A stretch of 64,000 nt of DNA from Balanoglossus misakiensis (lineage: Eukaryota; Animalia; Hemichordata): NCBI GenBank assembly GCA_040954595.2, contig CM082597.2, positions 9,951,778 through 10,015,777 on the forward strand, in the 5' to 3' direction. Below, one piece after another: positions 40,201-52,200 of the stretch (the stretch's first letter is position 1; each line of letters starts with the position of its first letter). The translations under genes and the position numbers were made by a program. The notes under the pieces are model-generated. The model saw only the letters and a list, made by a program, of their open reading frames with translations. It did no database searches and was not told where the DNA came from.

Positions 40201-43200
40201 ACATTAATAATCGACCATATATCTTGATAATTTAGATCATGTATCAGTTTGACTCGATTTTTGGCGACTGTTATCAATTAACCAATAGGGTTATCAGTTA
40301 AACCCCGGTGCAGAAAGTACCGGGGTTCGGATTAACGTGGGTTTGTATAGTTGTTTATTTGGGAGTGGTCGTCGTGCGTAATGACTGTGTAATTGATCTC
40401 ATGTACATAGAAAATAATTGAACACTTTACACCTCTACGCGATTGACAGCTGTTTGAATGGCGTGGTTATTGTTTCCCAGGGACGCTTCTGAAAAGCACT
40501 GAAACCAGATTTCTCCCAAAATCATCGTTGTTTCAAAGGCTCGTGTACTTTTACGTCGATAACTTTATGTTGTGTGTGTTTATAAAGCCAACTACTGTCG
40601 TGTGGTGTAATTCTTTATGCTTGGACCTGTTTGAGCCGATTTTCATAGAGCCAAGATCGTTGGTGTTGTCTGTTGTCAGTCAAATGGCATTAAGATTCGC
40701 CACTGATTTGGAGGGTCTTTTATACCCCGCACCGGGGTTAAACCAATAGGGCCCAAGCCTGCTTGGCTTGGGCCCTAAAAATGTGATATTTGCATGAATG
40801 TGTCATCGGGAAACTTTTGCAATTTTTGTCAAAAATTGTTTTCTCAGGATATAATTTCATAACACATAATGTATACGTGCAACTTTTATTCAATTCTGAT
40901 ATCAGAAATATTCAATATTTAGCAAGTTTTTTTGTAAGTTTCCTTGTTTTTGGTTAGCAAATCTTCTCCTAAACCAATTGTCCAGTTGTTTTTAAAGTTA
41001 CTATTTACAAGGAGTTGTTACCCCGAACTAAGACATGTTTACATAACTTTAATAGGCCAGCTGTTACAGAGACCACCAGCTATTAAATTTTTAATTACCA
41101 GTGGCAGGTCAGTGTGTGTGTGTGTGTGTCTGTCTGTCTGTCTGTGTGTCTGTTCCAGGGCTGACTGAAAGAAGTTGCTTCTCATATGTGTTTTTACAGA
41201 CAATTTTTGGTCAATTTTTTTTCTAGCACCCCTTCTAAGACTGCCATGACACATGACAGTTTATTGGGCATGTTCCTTGTTAATTTTTTTACATTCCATA
41301 TTTCTATATGGTAAGATCATATCTGCTTGCAATGTCACCTGTAATTTTTATTCTGGTGTGTCACTGTTTCCGCATAATCCTCAAATGGGACCACAGTGCC
41401 CTTGATGCTATTTTTAGTGTTCCCCCCACCCCCCCCCCACCCCACCCCCGCGTGCCTTTGTTCCCTGGGACTCTCCAGGCTATCAGTGGTGGGAAGAGGT
41501 CCAAATATTTATACAATAGAAATGAAAGTCAGTTTCATACAAGTTTCAGACATATTATCAACACCACTATTAACAGATTACAAGAGTTGAAACAAAGAGA
41601 TCTCGAAAAGGCAGAACGGGAGAAAGCACAGAATATGCTTGAATCATTCCTATTTGAAACACAAGATAAACTATATCAAGAAGAATATGAGAAGGCTACA
41701 AGAGAAGAGGAACGCAGTGTCCTGTTGGAAAAACTTTCTGAGGCATCTGATTGGCTATATGATGATGGAGCTGAAGCTGAACTGCAAGTAAGTGTGCCTG
41801 AAATTGCGTATACAAAAATGTATCTACATGTACTAGTAGTTAGCAGTTCTTCATATGGCCCTCAATTATTACTAACTACTCTCATTTCTGGTAATTTCTA
41901 TTTTAGTTTTTAGATGTCTGCCAATCAGTAGGGGTTTTATTACAACTACCTTGACTAAGAGGTTGCCTTGCAATCCAATGCCTGAACTTAACGACTGTTA
42001 GATTGACTGGGACAACTCAATCTATTCCGATCCTGAAAAGTTAATTTTTATATTATGAGCACAGTTATCTTTTGAGCATATCGTAGGTGATTTCAAGGGG
42101 CAAGTAACCATAAAAGTTAATTTTAAGCCCTTAAATCAGTTTTTACAGGGAAAAAGTCAATAATTAGGGCCCAAGCGTATGGGGTGCCATGTGTTAACTT
42201 ATTATTTAGCTAAATTATTTGTTCAAAAGTCGTTATTTAACATACTTATATGTATGTAATTATAGATTTGCAAACCATTTAAGTCCTGACAATTTATTTA
42301 TAAATAATTTCAAGTCGATTCAATTATATACATAAAATGTATTTTATGCTCTTTTATTTATATATAATTAATTATTTATAAATAATAAAAATGTAAGTGT
42401 ATTATATATATATCATGAGTGATGTACATAATTATTTATATATAATTAATTATTTATAAATAAAAAAAAATTAAGTGTATTATATATATATCATGAGTGA
42501 TTTATAAATAATTTAAGTGCAAGTCTATTATATATATATCATGAGTGATTTACATTATATAATGAATTATATATAAATAAGTGATTTCTAAACCATGAAA
42601 AAATGCACTCGCGCCGTTTGTCAACTTATTATTTAACGCAAACTCATTATTTAACGCAAACTCATTATTTAAGGCCTGTTCACACAACCCCTTGCATTTG
42701 GATCATTACGCACACATATAGTCCCCACACGTGAACAAGAAATGCACATTACGTGCGGTCATTTCATTTTTATTATACTCCTTTCAAAGGTTAGATGAAA
42801 CACCGAAAAAGGTATCAACTAGTTAGTGATTTTAGCCCGTGATTGCAATGTTTGATTGAAACGCGAAAAGCTGATCGATAGCTCCACATTGTGGTCTCCG
42901 AGGTCAAAGGTTGGCCGGTCATGGCGATACCATTATTAAAATAGGGGCCAGTCATCAAAACGGTGGCGTATGATTTTTTTAGGTAAGTTTCCAAATTAAA
43001 ACGTAAGTGAGCCAAAAAACTACAGGTCAGATAAATTGTTTTCTCATAAATTCAACATTAGAATCAAATTTGGCGTTGGAAACAAACGTCGGGTCGCCAG
43101 TTCCTGGTCTGGAGGCTGGTAGAGTCACGTCTTGAAGACTGGCCCCTATTTTAATAATGGCATTGTCATGACCGGCCAACCTTTGACCTCGGAGACCACA

Positions 43201-46200
43201 ATGTACGTAGAGCTATCGATCAGCTTTTCGCGTTTCAATCAAACATTGCAATCACGGGCTAAAATCACTAACTAGTTGATACCTTTTTCGGTGTTTCATC
43301 TAACCTTTGAAAGGAGTATAATAAAAATGAAATGACCGCACGTAATGTGCATTTCTTGTTCACGTGTGGGGACTATATGTGTGCGTAATGATCCAAATGC
43401 AAGGGGTTGTGTGAACAGGCCTTAAATAATGAGTTTGCGTTAAATAATGAGTTTGCGTTAAATAATAAGTTGACAAACGGCGCGAGTGCATTTTTTCATG
43501 GTTAAGAAATCACTTATTTATATATAATTCATTATATAATGTAAATCACTCATGATATATATATAATAGACTTGCACTTAAATTATTTATAAATCACTCA
43601 TGATATATATATAATACACTTAATTTTTTTTTATTTATAAATAATTAATTATATATAAATAATTATGTACATCACTCATGATATATATATAATACACTTA
43701 CATTTTTATTATTTATAAATAATTAATTATATATAAATAAAAGAGCATAAAATACATTTTATGTATATAATTGAATCGACTTGAAATTATTTATAAATAA
43801 ATTGTCAGGACTTAAAGCCCCAGTATTTCTCGTGTGTATCCATTTTTCATCATCGAAAAATGCCCGTTTTTCCCGTACATTCATCATGGAATACTACATA
43901 ATGAAGATAGAAGAAAGGTTTGGGCAACTGTAGCTACGTGCAAGCTGTAAATATTGCCCGTAACACTTGAAATGATGCGCGGGTTTGTTTACAACGGAAA
44001 TGTTGTACATGTCGATCAGCAAAAGTGCCACTTTGACATTTGATGGTCAGACCATTTTCGGATTTGATCTGGTTCCATCGACTGATTTCTCCCATAAAGT
44101 TATCTGCCCAAAATTTCGCCGAATTAGTGCGCATTTCTTCGCTGAGTCGTTAGATTTGGGGCGACTAAACCTCTTCCGTGTAGCTTCACATTTGAGTGCG
44201 CATGCGCACTAGTCACGTGTGTCAACAAAGCCTGACTTTCTGTCCGGACAGAAAGTCATTCTTCACTCGTTATATTGTAAATTGTATGAGTTTATGAGCA
44301 GAGCTGGGGATGATGACTGTTCGATTCAGTATCAATTATCATCTACTTTTAGAAATTATAGATGCCATTTCAAACAAAATTTAGCCCCTACGAGAAATAC
44401 TGAGGCTTTAAATGGTTTGCAAATCTATAATTACATACATATAAGTATGTTAAATAACGACTTTTGAACAAATAATTTAGCTAAATAATAAGTTAACACA
44501 TGGCACCCCATACAAGCGCACGCAAGTGCTTGGGCCCTATTGGTTTCGTTGGGGATTTTAAGGCCCAAGCGCTTCGGCCATATTGGTTTCGTTGGGGTTT
44601 TTCTTTCTTTCTTTATTCTCCTATCCATTTTTTATCGCTCTAGATCTCGGACACTGCTGCAGGTACACTTCTCAAACTTGCTACAGTGGTCAAGGTCAAT
44701 GAGTAGATGTGCATTGAACCCTCGAATTTTTAATTAGTGACGTGACATGGCGGCCATATTAGATTTTCTGACAAACTACAAATGACTTCTTCTCAAAAAC
44801 TACAGGGCCATTCAAGTTCAAATTTGGTACATAGTACACATGTCCACTGCCCTTCAAAGTTTGATAATAAAATCTCGAGCGGTCACGTGACTTTGGCCGC
44901 CATATTGGATTTTCGCAAAATCACATTTAAATTTCAAAAATCTTCTTCTCAAGAACCAGCAATAACAGAGTCACGGTATCTTGGGTATGTGGTCACTTAA
45001 CTGATATCTATCAAGTTTGATAAAGAGCGTTGTGATTGGTCAAAGATTATGGCAGCCATATTGGATTTTGTAAAAACAAACAAAAAACAAAAATTCCTTT
45101 TTCTAGTCGAAAAATTCATAGTACACAAATTCTTTTTATGGATATCAGTTGTCATATGACTGGAATGTGTTGCGATTTTTTTTTGGCAATTTTCACATGA
45201 CCTTTGACCTACTTTTTAAAAAACATGCTTTTTTGGATATATAGCTTAAACTACCTGTTCTAAAAGTACCAGGGTTCTGAATTTTGTGCAGATTGGTAGC
45301 AACGCTGCCAGGACCTTTCCCAAATATTTTGGTAATTTGGGCAATGACCTTTGACCTACTTATGACACATTGTTTTTCTGCATATCAAATTCCAGGCAAA
45401 CCTGTAAGGCTAGAAGTTTGATTTTTGGTGCATGTATATTTAAAAGTGATCAAAATATTTTGGTACTTTTTCAGTACCTCTTTGACCTCTGCCGACTTCT
45501 TTAAATATGCACATACCTAATTACAGACGAACCAATAGAGCTAGGGCTAGAGGTTTGTTTTTTGTTAGACATGGCCTAGTATGAGTTAAAATTTTTAGGC
45601 CAAAATTTTGGATGATCTCAGGTGACCTTTGCCCTACTTTCACATATCTAGGCATGCACAGCTGATACAGGCTTGGTATTTGGAGGGATGGACCACTTAA
45701 AGGGACAAAGTCTCTCTCTCGCTGCCCTTTTTTCCATTAATTATATTTAATACAAGACACCGTTTGTTATTCTACATGTGGATATATAGTGAATCAACGT
45801 TCAACCACACACAACTTCCATCCCTCTTATAGACAGGAGAGTGAAAAAACTCGCCAAAATGAATAATCGTTCTTTACCATTTATTCATTTTGGGCGAGTT
45901 TTTACTCTCATATCATACAAGTGGGATGGAAGTTGTGTGTGGTTTAAGGTTGATTCACTATATATCCACATGTACATTAACATAAACGGTGTCTTGTATC
46001 AAACATAATTAATGGAAAAAGGCCAGCGAGAGAGAGACTTTGTCCCTTTAATGGAGTCTTACACGAGACCTCATTAATTATCTGCATAACTAATTCTAGG
46101 TGACATAATAGAGCTAGAGTTTTGCTTTTTGTTGGACATGGACCAGTATGGGTCAAAAATTGTTTCCCAAATTCTGGGTCACCTTAGGTGACCTTTGACC

Positions 46201-49200
46201 TACTTTATCAACTATATCAGCATCAAAAAATACATACGTCCTTGTTATTTCATGAGATAAAACACGCGATAGAGCGTTTAATGTTTCTTCTCATTCATAA
46301 TGTGCATATATAATTCAAGATCAGTGCTTGAGCCCGACAATGCTGCTTGCAGCTTAAATTATGATGAAATTTAATTGTTGAGGACGGTCAGTTATTTGCT
46401 AGGATTTTAAAGAAATAAATTTGCTCACATTTGACATTATTTTGATTATTATTTTACTGTCTTTTGATAGCTTATGTTGTTCAGTTTACTATAATATGCT
46501 CAATGACTGGTCATCAGAACTCACACCAAAATTTAAATGATCAAAGTATTCATGTGGATATACAAATAATATCATCTGAAGAACACTGCAACTGCAAGTC
46601 AATTTATTACCGAATTTCATCTCTTTTGGAATAAGCTGTAACTTTTCCCGGCAGGCATCTTGTTATTGCCGAGGATTTCAACTTCCACTATGATGATATT
46701 AGTTCACCAGATACTATCAAGCTCTCCAATTTACTTCAGTCAATGTTGGTGCAACAACTTGTACATGATTCAACACACGTACCAAAAGGCAAATCTCAAT
46801 CATAAGATTGATGACTCTCTCACCTCTGATCTCACCCTGTATATTTTAACATGGAAGATCAACAGCATCTATCAAACTCAAAAGTTACTCTTTTTTACTT
46901 GAACTCTTATTGATGAAAATTGATGATTTTCAAAGATGCCGGATCCTCTGCTTACCCCTCTAAAACCAACCCCGAAACATCAGTACTTCGCATATGAGTG
47001 CTCAAACTTTAAAATCTGACTTAGCGTTGTCTGTACCTGAAGAATGCATTTCGAGAGAGGTACTCTTCAGAGTGGCTGTTGTGCCCTCGCATACATTGCT
47101 GGGAAACAATGCTAATAGCATTAAAATAAATTGGAACACATTGTATTATATCAGCATGTAGGGTTAGTATTGATTGCTACCAAATTTTCAGTGTTTAGGT
47201 GTTGTAAATGAACTCGAAACACTAGCAACCCAGCTGCAAATTATCATGGATGAGGTGTGAACGAGCGAATGCAAAGTGCTATGTGAGTTCACCCATAGAG
47301 GTACCAAATACATGTACATGTATGGGGGTCAAACAGGCACCATTAAGACTGTTCTGAAACGTCTCAGATTAGAAACCGTCTTAAAAAAATCATGTGTGGA
47401 CGGTGTAAGTGGTCCTGAAACGGCTCAGATTTGAGACGGCTTTGTTTGCTGGCCAGACCTGAGCCAGTGTAAGGATTAACACCTCTCCGCAACCCATTGT
47501 CCAGTGAGAACGCCACACACCACAAGCCTCGCCAGTTGGAAATGATTGCAATCTTTGTGCATGGAACTTGAGTAAAACTCGTTGAAACATTAAACCAGAA
47601 AAGAATTTTGCTCATAGGTAAATGTTGTTGCTTGTCGAATGGAAAATGTCATGTAACATGACCAAAAACACACTTTTCTAAATGATGTAAAAATAACACT
47701 TGGCGAAAGCTATATGTTTTTCATAGTGATTGTGAGTGATCTCATATCCCGCATTTTACAACTGCCCTGTTCTCCGGATTGATCGAGAGCACACAACAGT
47801 CAGTACATAAACCAATGTATGCCTATCTCTCAAGACCTTGAGGAAACAAAGCATAAATCATAAAAAAATTCCTATGGATCACTTTATTTCAAACCTACAA
47901 GCAGTACTTGCAGCACCAAGAGCCATCATATTGAATGCATGCTATGTGGCTGAGGCTCAGCCCCTTAGACAATGGGTTGTGGGTTATCTGTCATCCACAA
48001 TTTTGAAATTAGGACGATACATGTTCCTGGCAAATTCAACCATATTCCAGATGCGATTTCCCGTTTACATCAACCCGGTCAAGCTTCTTACCTTCACTTC
48101 CTGTTGCATACAGGTCACCAAAATATGTTTGATCCAGACAATTCCTTGCCTCCTTTTCCCGTCACATGGACGTCTTTTATGGCTGCATCTATTCTCCTTC
48201 CCGAGATTTACAAATCCAACAACTGGAGAAAGAGTTGGAACTGGAAATTGCCTTCTACAGAGACCACACCTTTGCCTCATCAACGAAAGCAACTTACATA
48301 TATGCAGTCCACCGACGAGCCTACTTATATTTTTGTCTGTCCTTTGGTTACAATCCTGTCCCAATTGATTCTATAGTTCTTTGTAGGTATGTTGCCCATC
48401 TTTCCAGACATCTTATGGTCACATCGATCCGACAGTACTTGAATGTAGTCCGGCTCCTCCATTCTGAGTGCAGTTTTCCTAACCCCCTTGATAATAATTT
48501 CTCCTTGTCTTCCTTACTGAAGGGCGAGGCTAGGGTCAAGGGCACTTCAGTGTGCCGTAAACTCCCTATAACCCCAGACCTTCTCCTTGGTATCCGCTCA
48601 CAGCTGAATCTTTCTGACACAGCTGACTCTGTATTTTGGGCGATCTGTTTGGTGATGTTCTTTGCACTTCTCAGGAAATCTAATGTTCTCCCACCCTCCC
48701 CATCCTCTTTGATCCCTCTAAGCATCTTACCAGGGGTGATTTTCTGGCCTTTCTGTGGGGTTTGGGAGTGCTGATCAAATGGTCTAAAACCATTCAGACC
48801 ATAGACTGTCAAATTCTGTTACCTCTCCCGGTTCTCCAAGGTCATCCCCTTATGTCCGGTGACTGCGGTGGTCTCTGCCTTTTTGCTCACCCCCTCACCT
48901 CAGGATGGTCCGGCCTTCATCCTCCCCTCTTCCTGCCATTTCCCCCAGCGACGTTCACTTGCTGTCTCATTTCCCTACTAAGCCCACTTGTTGGTAATGT
49001 CACTAACTTTTCCACTCCTAGTTTTATGCGTGGCGGAGCTTTTTGGGCTTTGCAATGTGGCATCCCTGCAGAGTTGATCAAATTGTTAGGAGATTGGAAA
49101 AGTGACTCCTTCTGGAAATATCTCCATCCCTCCCTCCCTCTCCATCTAGATACCATTACCCATTTTTCCTCCTGTTTACCTTCTGCTTAGTCTAGCCCTA

Positions 49201-52200
49201 CCTATACTCTCACATGTGTCTTGGACCTTGGGGATCTTTAGTCATTAGTTTAGTTGAGTTGTAGTTTTTAGGGGCCCAATGGGCCCCTTCTGTTATTGCT
49301 GGAGTTTTTCTTCTTTCTTCTTGAGTCGTTTTTTCGGCCACGTTTTTCTCAGAAACCCCTGCACCTGCGCTTATGAAACTTGGCACGGTGGTTGGGGCCC
49401 ATGAGTACTGGTGCACCTGCCCTTTGAATTTGTAATTAGTCACGTGACTTGGTGGCTATAATCAAGCGAAATTTTCAAATTGACCTAATTTGCATGTTAA
49501 TGGGGCATGTACATTCTTTTTGCGATTTTTGCAGACCATGTGGCCAAAATCCTCTGTGCCAAATATCAAGGTCCTAGGCTACATCGATTTTGAGAAGAAG
49601 ATTTTTGTAATTTTTTTTCGCATTTTTTTGTGGGCTGAGGACGAACACTGGGGCATCGGACTTTGATCGTCATTCGGTAATGTTGTGGAGGTCTCATTAG
49701 CAGGGTACTCACTTCTGGCGGGTAACAGAAGTCCTTGAAAAATCGGCTGAAATGCGTAAACAGACCAGTGATTATTTTCCACGGAATGAATTTTGGGACA
49801 ACACATTATCGGAGTTCAGGCTGTGTTAGGGCGTTTTATTGAATTACGCTGAGTCAGCTGTTGCCGTTCAAATGTTTCTATCCAGACCCGGCTTCACTGG
49901 CAGCGGACTTTGACCCTCAGTCGCTAATGTTATAGGCGATTTCATTAGCATGGTAGTCACATGTAGTGGGTAGTAGTTTGGGAAATCGGCCGAAATACGT
50001 AAGCAGACCAGTGATTTTCTTGCACGAAGGGAGTATGGTACCAGCAATAATCAGAGATCAGGCTTCGTTGCCGTTCAAAAGTTCCTACTTCAGTCGTGAT
50101 GTTGCAACTGGACGTTCAGTATGGGGGTCGGCCCGCAGGTGGCCGTGGGGGTTATCAGGTCGCCCGTAATGGCACGCCACTACATGCAGCTGTATGGGAC
50201 CAAAATAATACGCCCGATTCAGGGGTCACCTGTGACACCTGCGTAACTCAATAATTATGTGCATGCGTAATTGTGGGGTCAATGAAAGGGATGCTAGCGT
50301 GGTATTTGTTGCACATGGATCAATATGAAGTCCGATTTTCCCGTCAAGTTGTGGGCGACCTTATGTGACCTTTCACCTACTTTTGCTTAGTCAGCATCCA
50401 CAGAATGCAGCTTTGGCCTGGGGGGGGGGGGGGGGCATATACGGATGGGACCATAATGATATACCAAAGGCGGGGTCACCTGTTGCACCTGCCTAAGTCA
50501 TTGATTTTGTACATTTAATTGGACACTAACCAACAGGGCGATAGGTGTGGTTTTTGTTCCACAGGGACAAATGTAAGTGTCAGTTGGTTTTTGCCCAAAT
50601 GTATAAGGTGATTTGGATGACCTCTGTCGTACAGTGCCATATCTCAGCACATTGTACAGGTGCAGCTTTGGTATTTGGAGGGATGAAACTATCATGAAAT
50701 GCCAAATACAGGGGGATACCTGTGACATTTGCTTGATTCATGTATTATGTGCATACCTAATGGTAGGCAAAGTGAAAGGGCTGCAAATGTAGGATTTGTT
50801 GCATATGACATAAACAGGAATGAAAATTTTTTGTCAAATTTTTGGGTGACCTCAGTTGTCCATTGACCTGCTTTCCATATGTTTGCATGCACAGCGTATA
50901 TAGCCAGGTGTTTGGAGGGGTAGGGTAGGACCGTCATGAAATGCTAAATTCCTGGACGTAATTCAAGACGTAAAATGGCAGATTTTCTGACAAAGAGTTG
51001 GGAAGTATCCGTTTATCTGTATGACTCTTAAGGTTCTGTTCTTTTTTCGCGTTATTTTGAAGGCAGTTACACGTACTCGTACGAGTTGAGCAGTAAACAA
51101 TCGGGTGGCCGAGGCAGCCTTTACAGGGCGCCCGATTGGTCAATTTAAATAGACAGCGATAACAGAGCCACCACCATCACCCGCGGAGTTCAAATGTGAT
51201 TGAATTTGACTGGGTACGACTTGGAAATTGCCGTTTTTCCGCTCGTTTGCAGGTCGATAGATCAAGTGAAGCCCAAATTAGGTCAGTGAGATAAATTTCA
51301 GTGCCTATGATGGCATAATTTAATCGCTCGCTGGTGAATGGGGTGATTTTTCTGGGCCTTGAAGGTGGCCCATGAGCCTAGATCAGGGCATGTCGATTCC
51401 ACCCTTGCCTGTATATAAGACGGGAGTGACGTTGGGCGACCCAGTCATGTTTTCCACGAGTGACGTTGGGCGACCTAGGTCGTATTTTCCACGATTATGG
51501 TGTTTTTTTACAGTTATCTATAACATCGACAAACAGCAAGAAATGACACATTGATTTTTTTTTTCTTATCAATCTTTAACATCAACAACAACAATAACAA
51601 TACCAAAAACAACATTTCCTAAGCTCCCTATGGTACTTGCACTGTACATGTGGTATTCATTATTAGTAAATGTACTCTCCAGGCTGCCACATTGTTACAG
51701 AAGTGTTGCACCAGTGAACGTATAGTGGCAAAACGGAAATCGATAATGAATTTAGTTATCATAGTAGTAATCTATAACTTGTATGTTTTTTTCCGCTAAG
51801 CTACCATCCATTTTAAATATATACTGTTTCCCTACAAAGCCTAGTTGATTTTTCCACATTTTGTTGACATATGAAGAGGATTTGATTTTCATAATGTATT
51901 ATCCCTCGAGCTGTGGGAAATTCGAAGACCTTAAAGTGGCCCGCAGTGACCCGCAGCAACCCGCACTGGCCGGCAGCCCGCATGACTCGCACAATAGTTA
52001 CACTCATATGTGTACTGGAGAAAGCTTAATATTTACAAGTGTTTCCCTAAGGTCTGTGACTGTTGACATAGCTGGCTTTATTTGTTGGGCAGATTATGCA
52101 AATACACACATGTTGCCCATTCCGCATCATAAGGAACAGTATAGGCCCATGTGCAAAGGTCCACTTCCTCGTTTGGAGTGTGATTATTGCCAGACTTGTC

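Larger units (their letters stand above)
36806..41415 (+). mobile_element. DINE-1/Helentron-like family 1 element hosting nested insertions at about 37427-40777
   Basis: 5' TTTTAGGTCTCATTGG..CCAATGGGACCT and (TATG)n core; 3' AATGGGACCACAGTGCCCTTGATGCTATTTTT; T-rich flanks, no TSD. Confidence 0.65.

Noticed and set aside
41308-41913. 201-aa ORF as an independent gene
   Set aside because: Only 41577-41787 is HYOU1-like and is bounded by splice sites; the rest is intron read-through.
42270-42600. Very AT-rich tract as an organellar (numt) control-region insert
   Set aside because: It is mirrored in the opposite arm and bounded by a TSD, so it is part of a foldback transposon.
48166-49190. Functional tyrosine recombinase or phage-like integrase
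   Set aside because: Frameshifted, the catalytic H-x-x-R box is altered, and it follows a DIRS RNase H remnant, so it is a dead retrotransposon gene.
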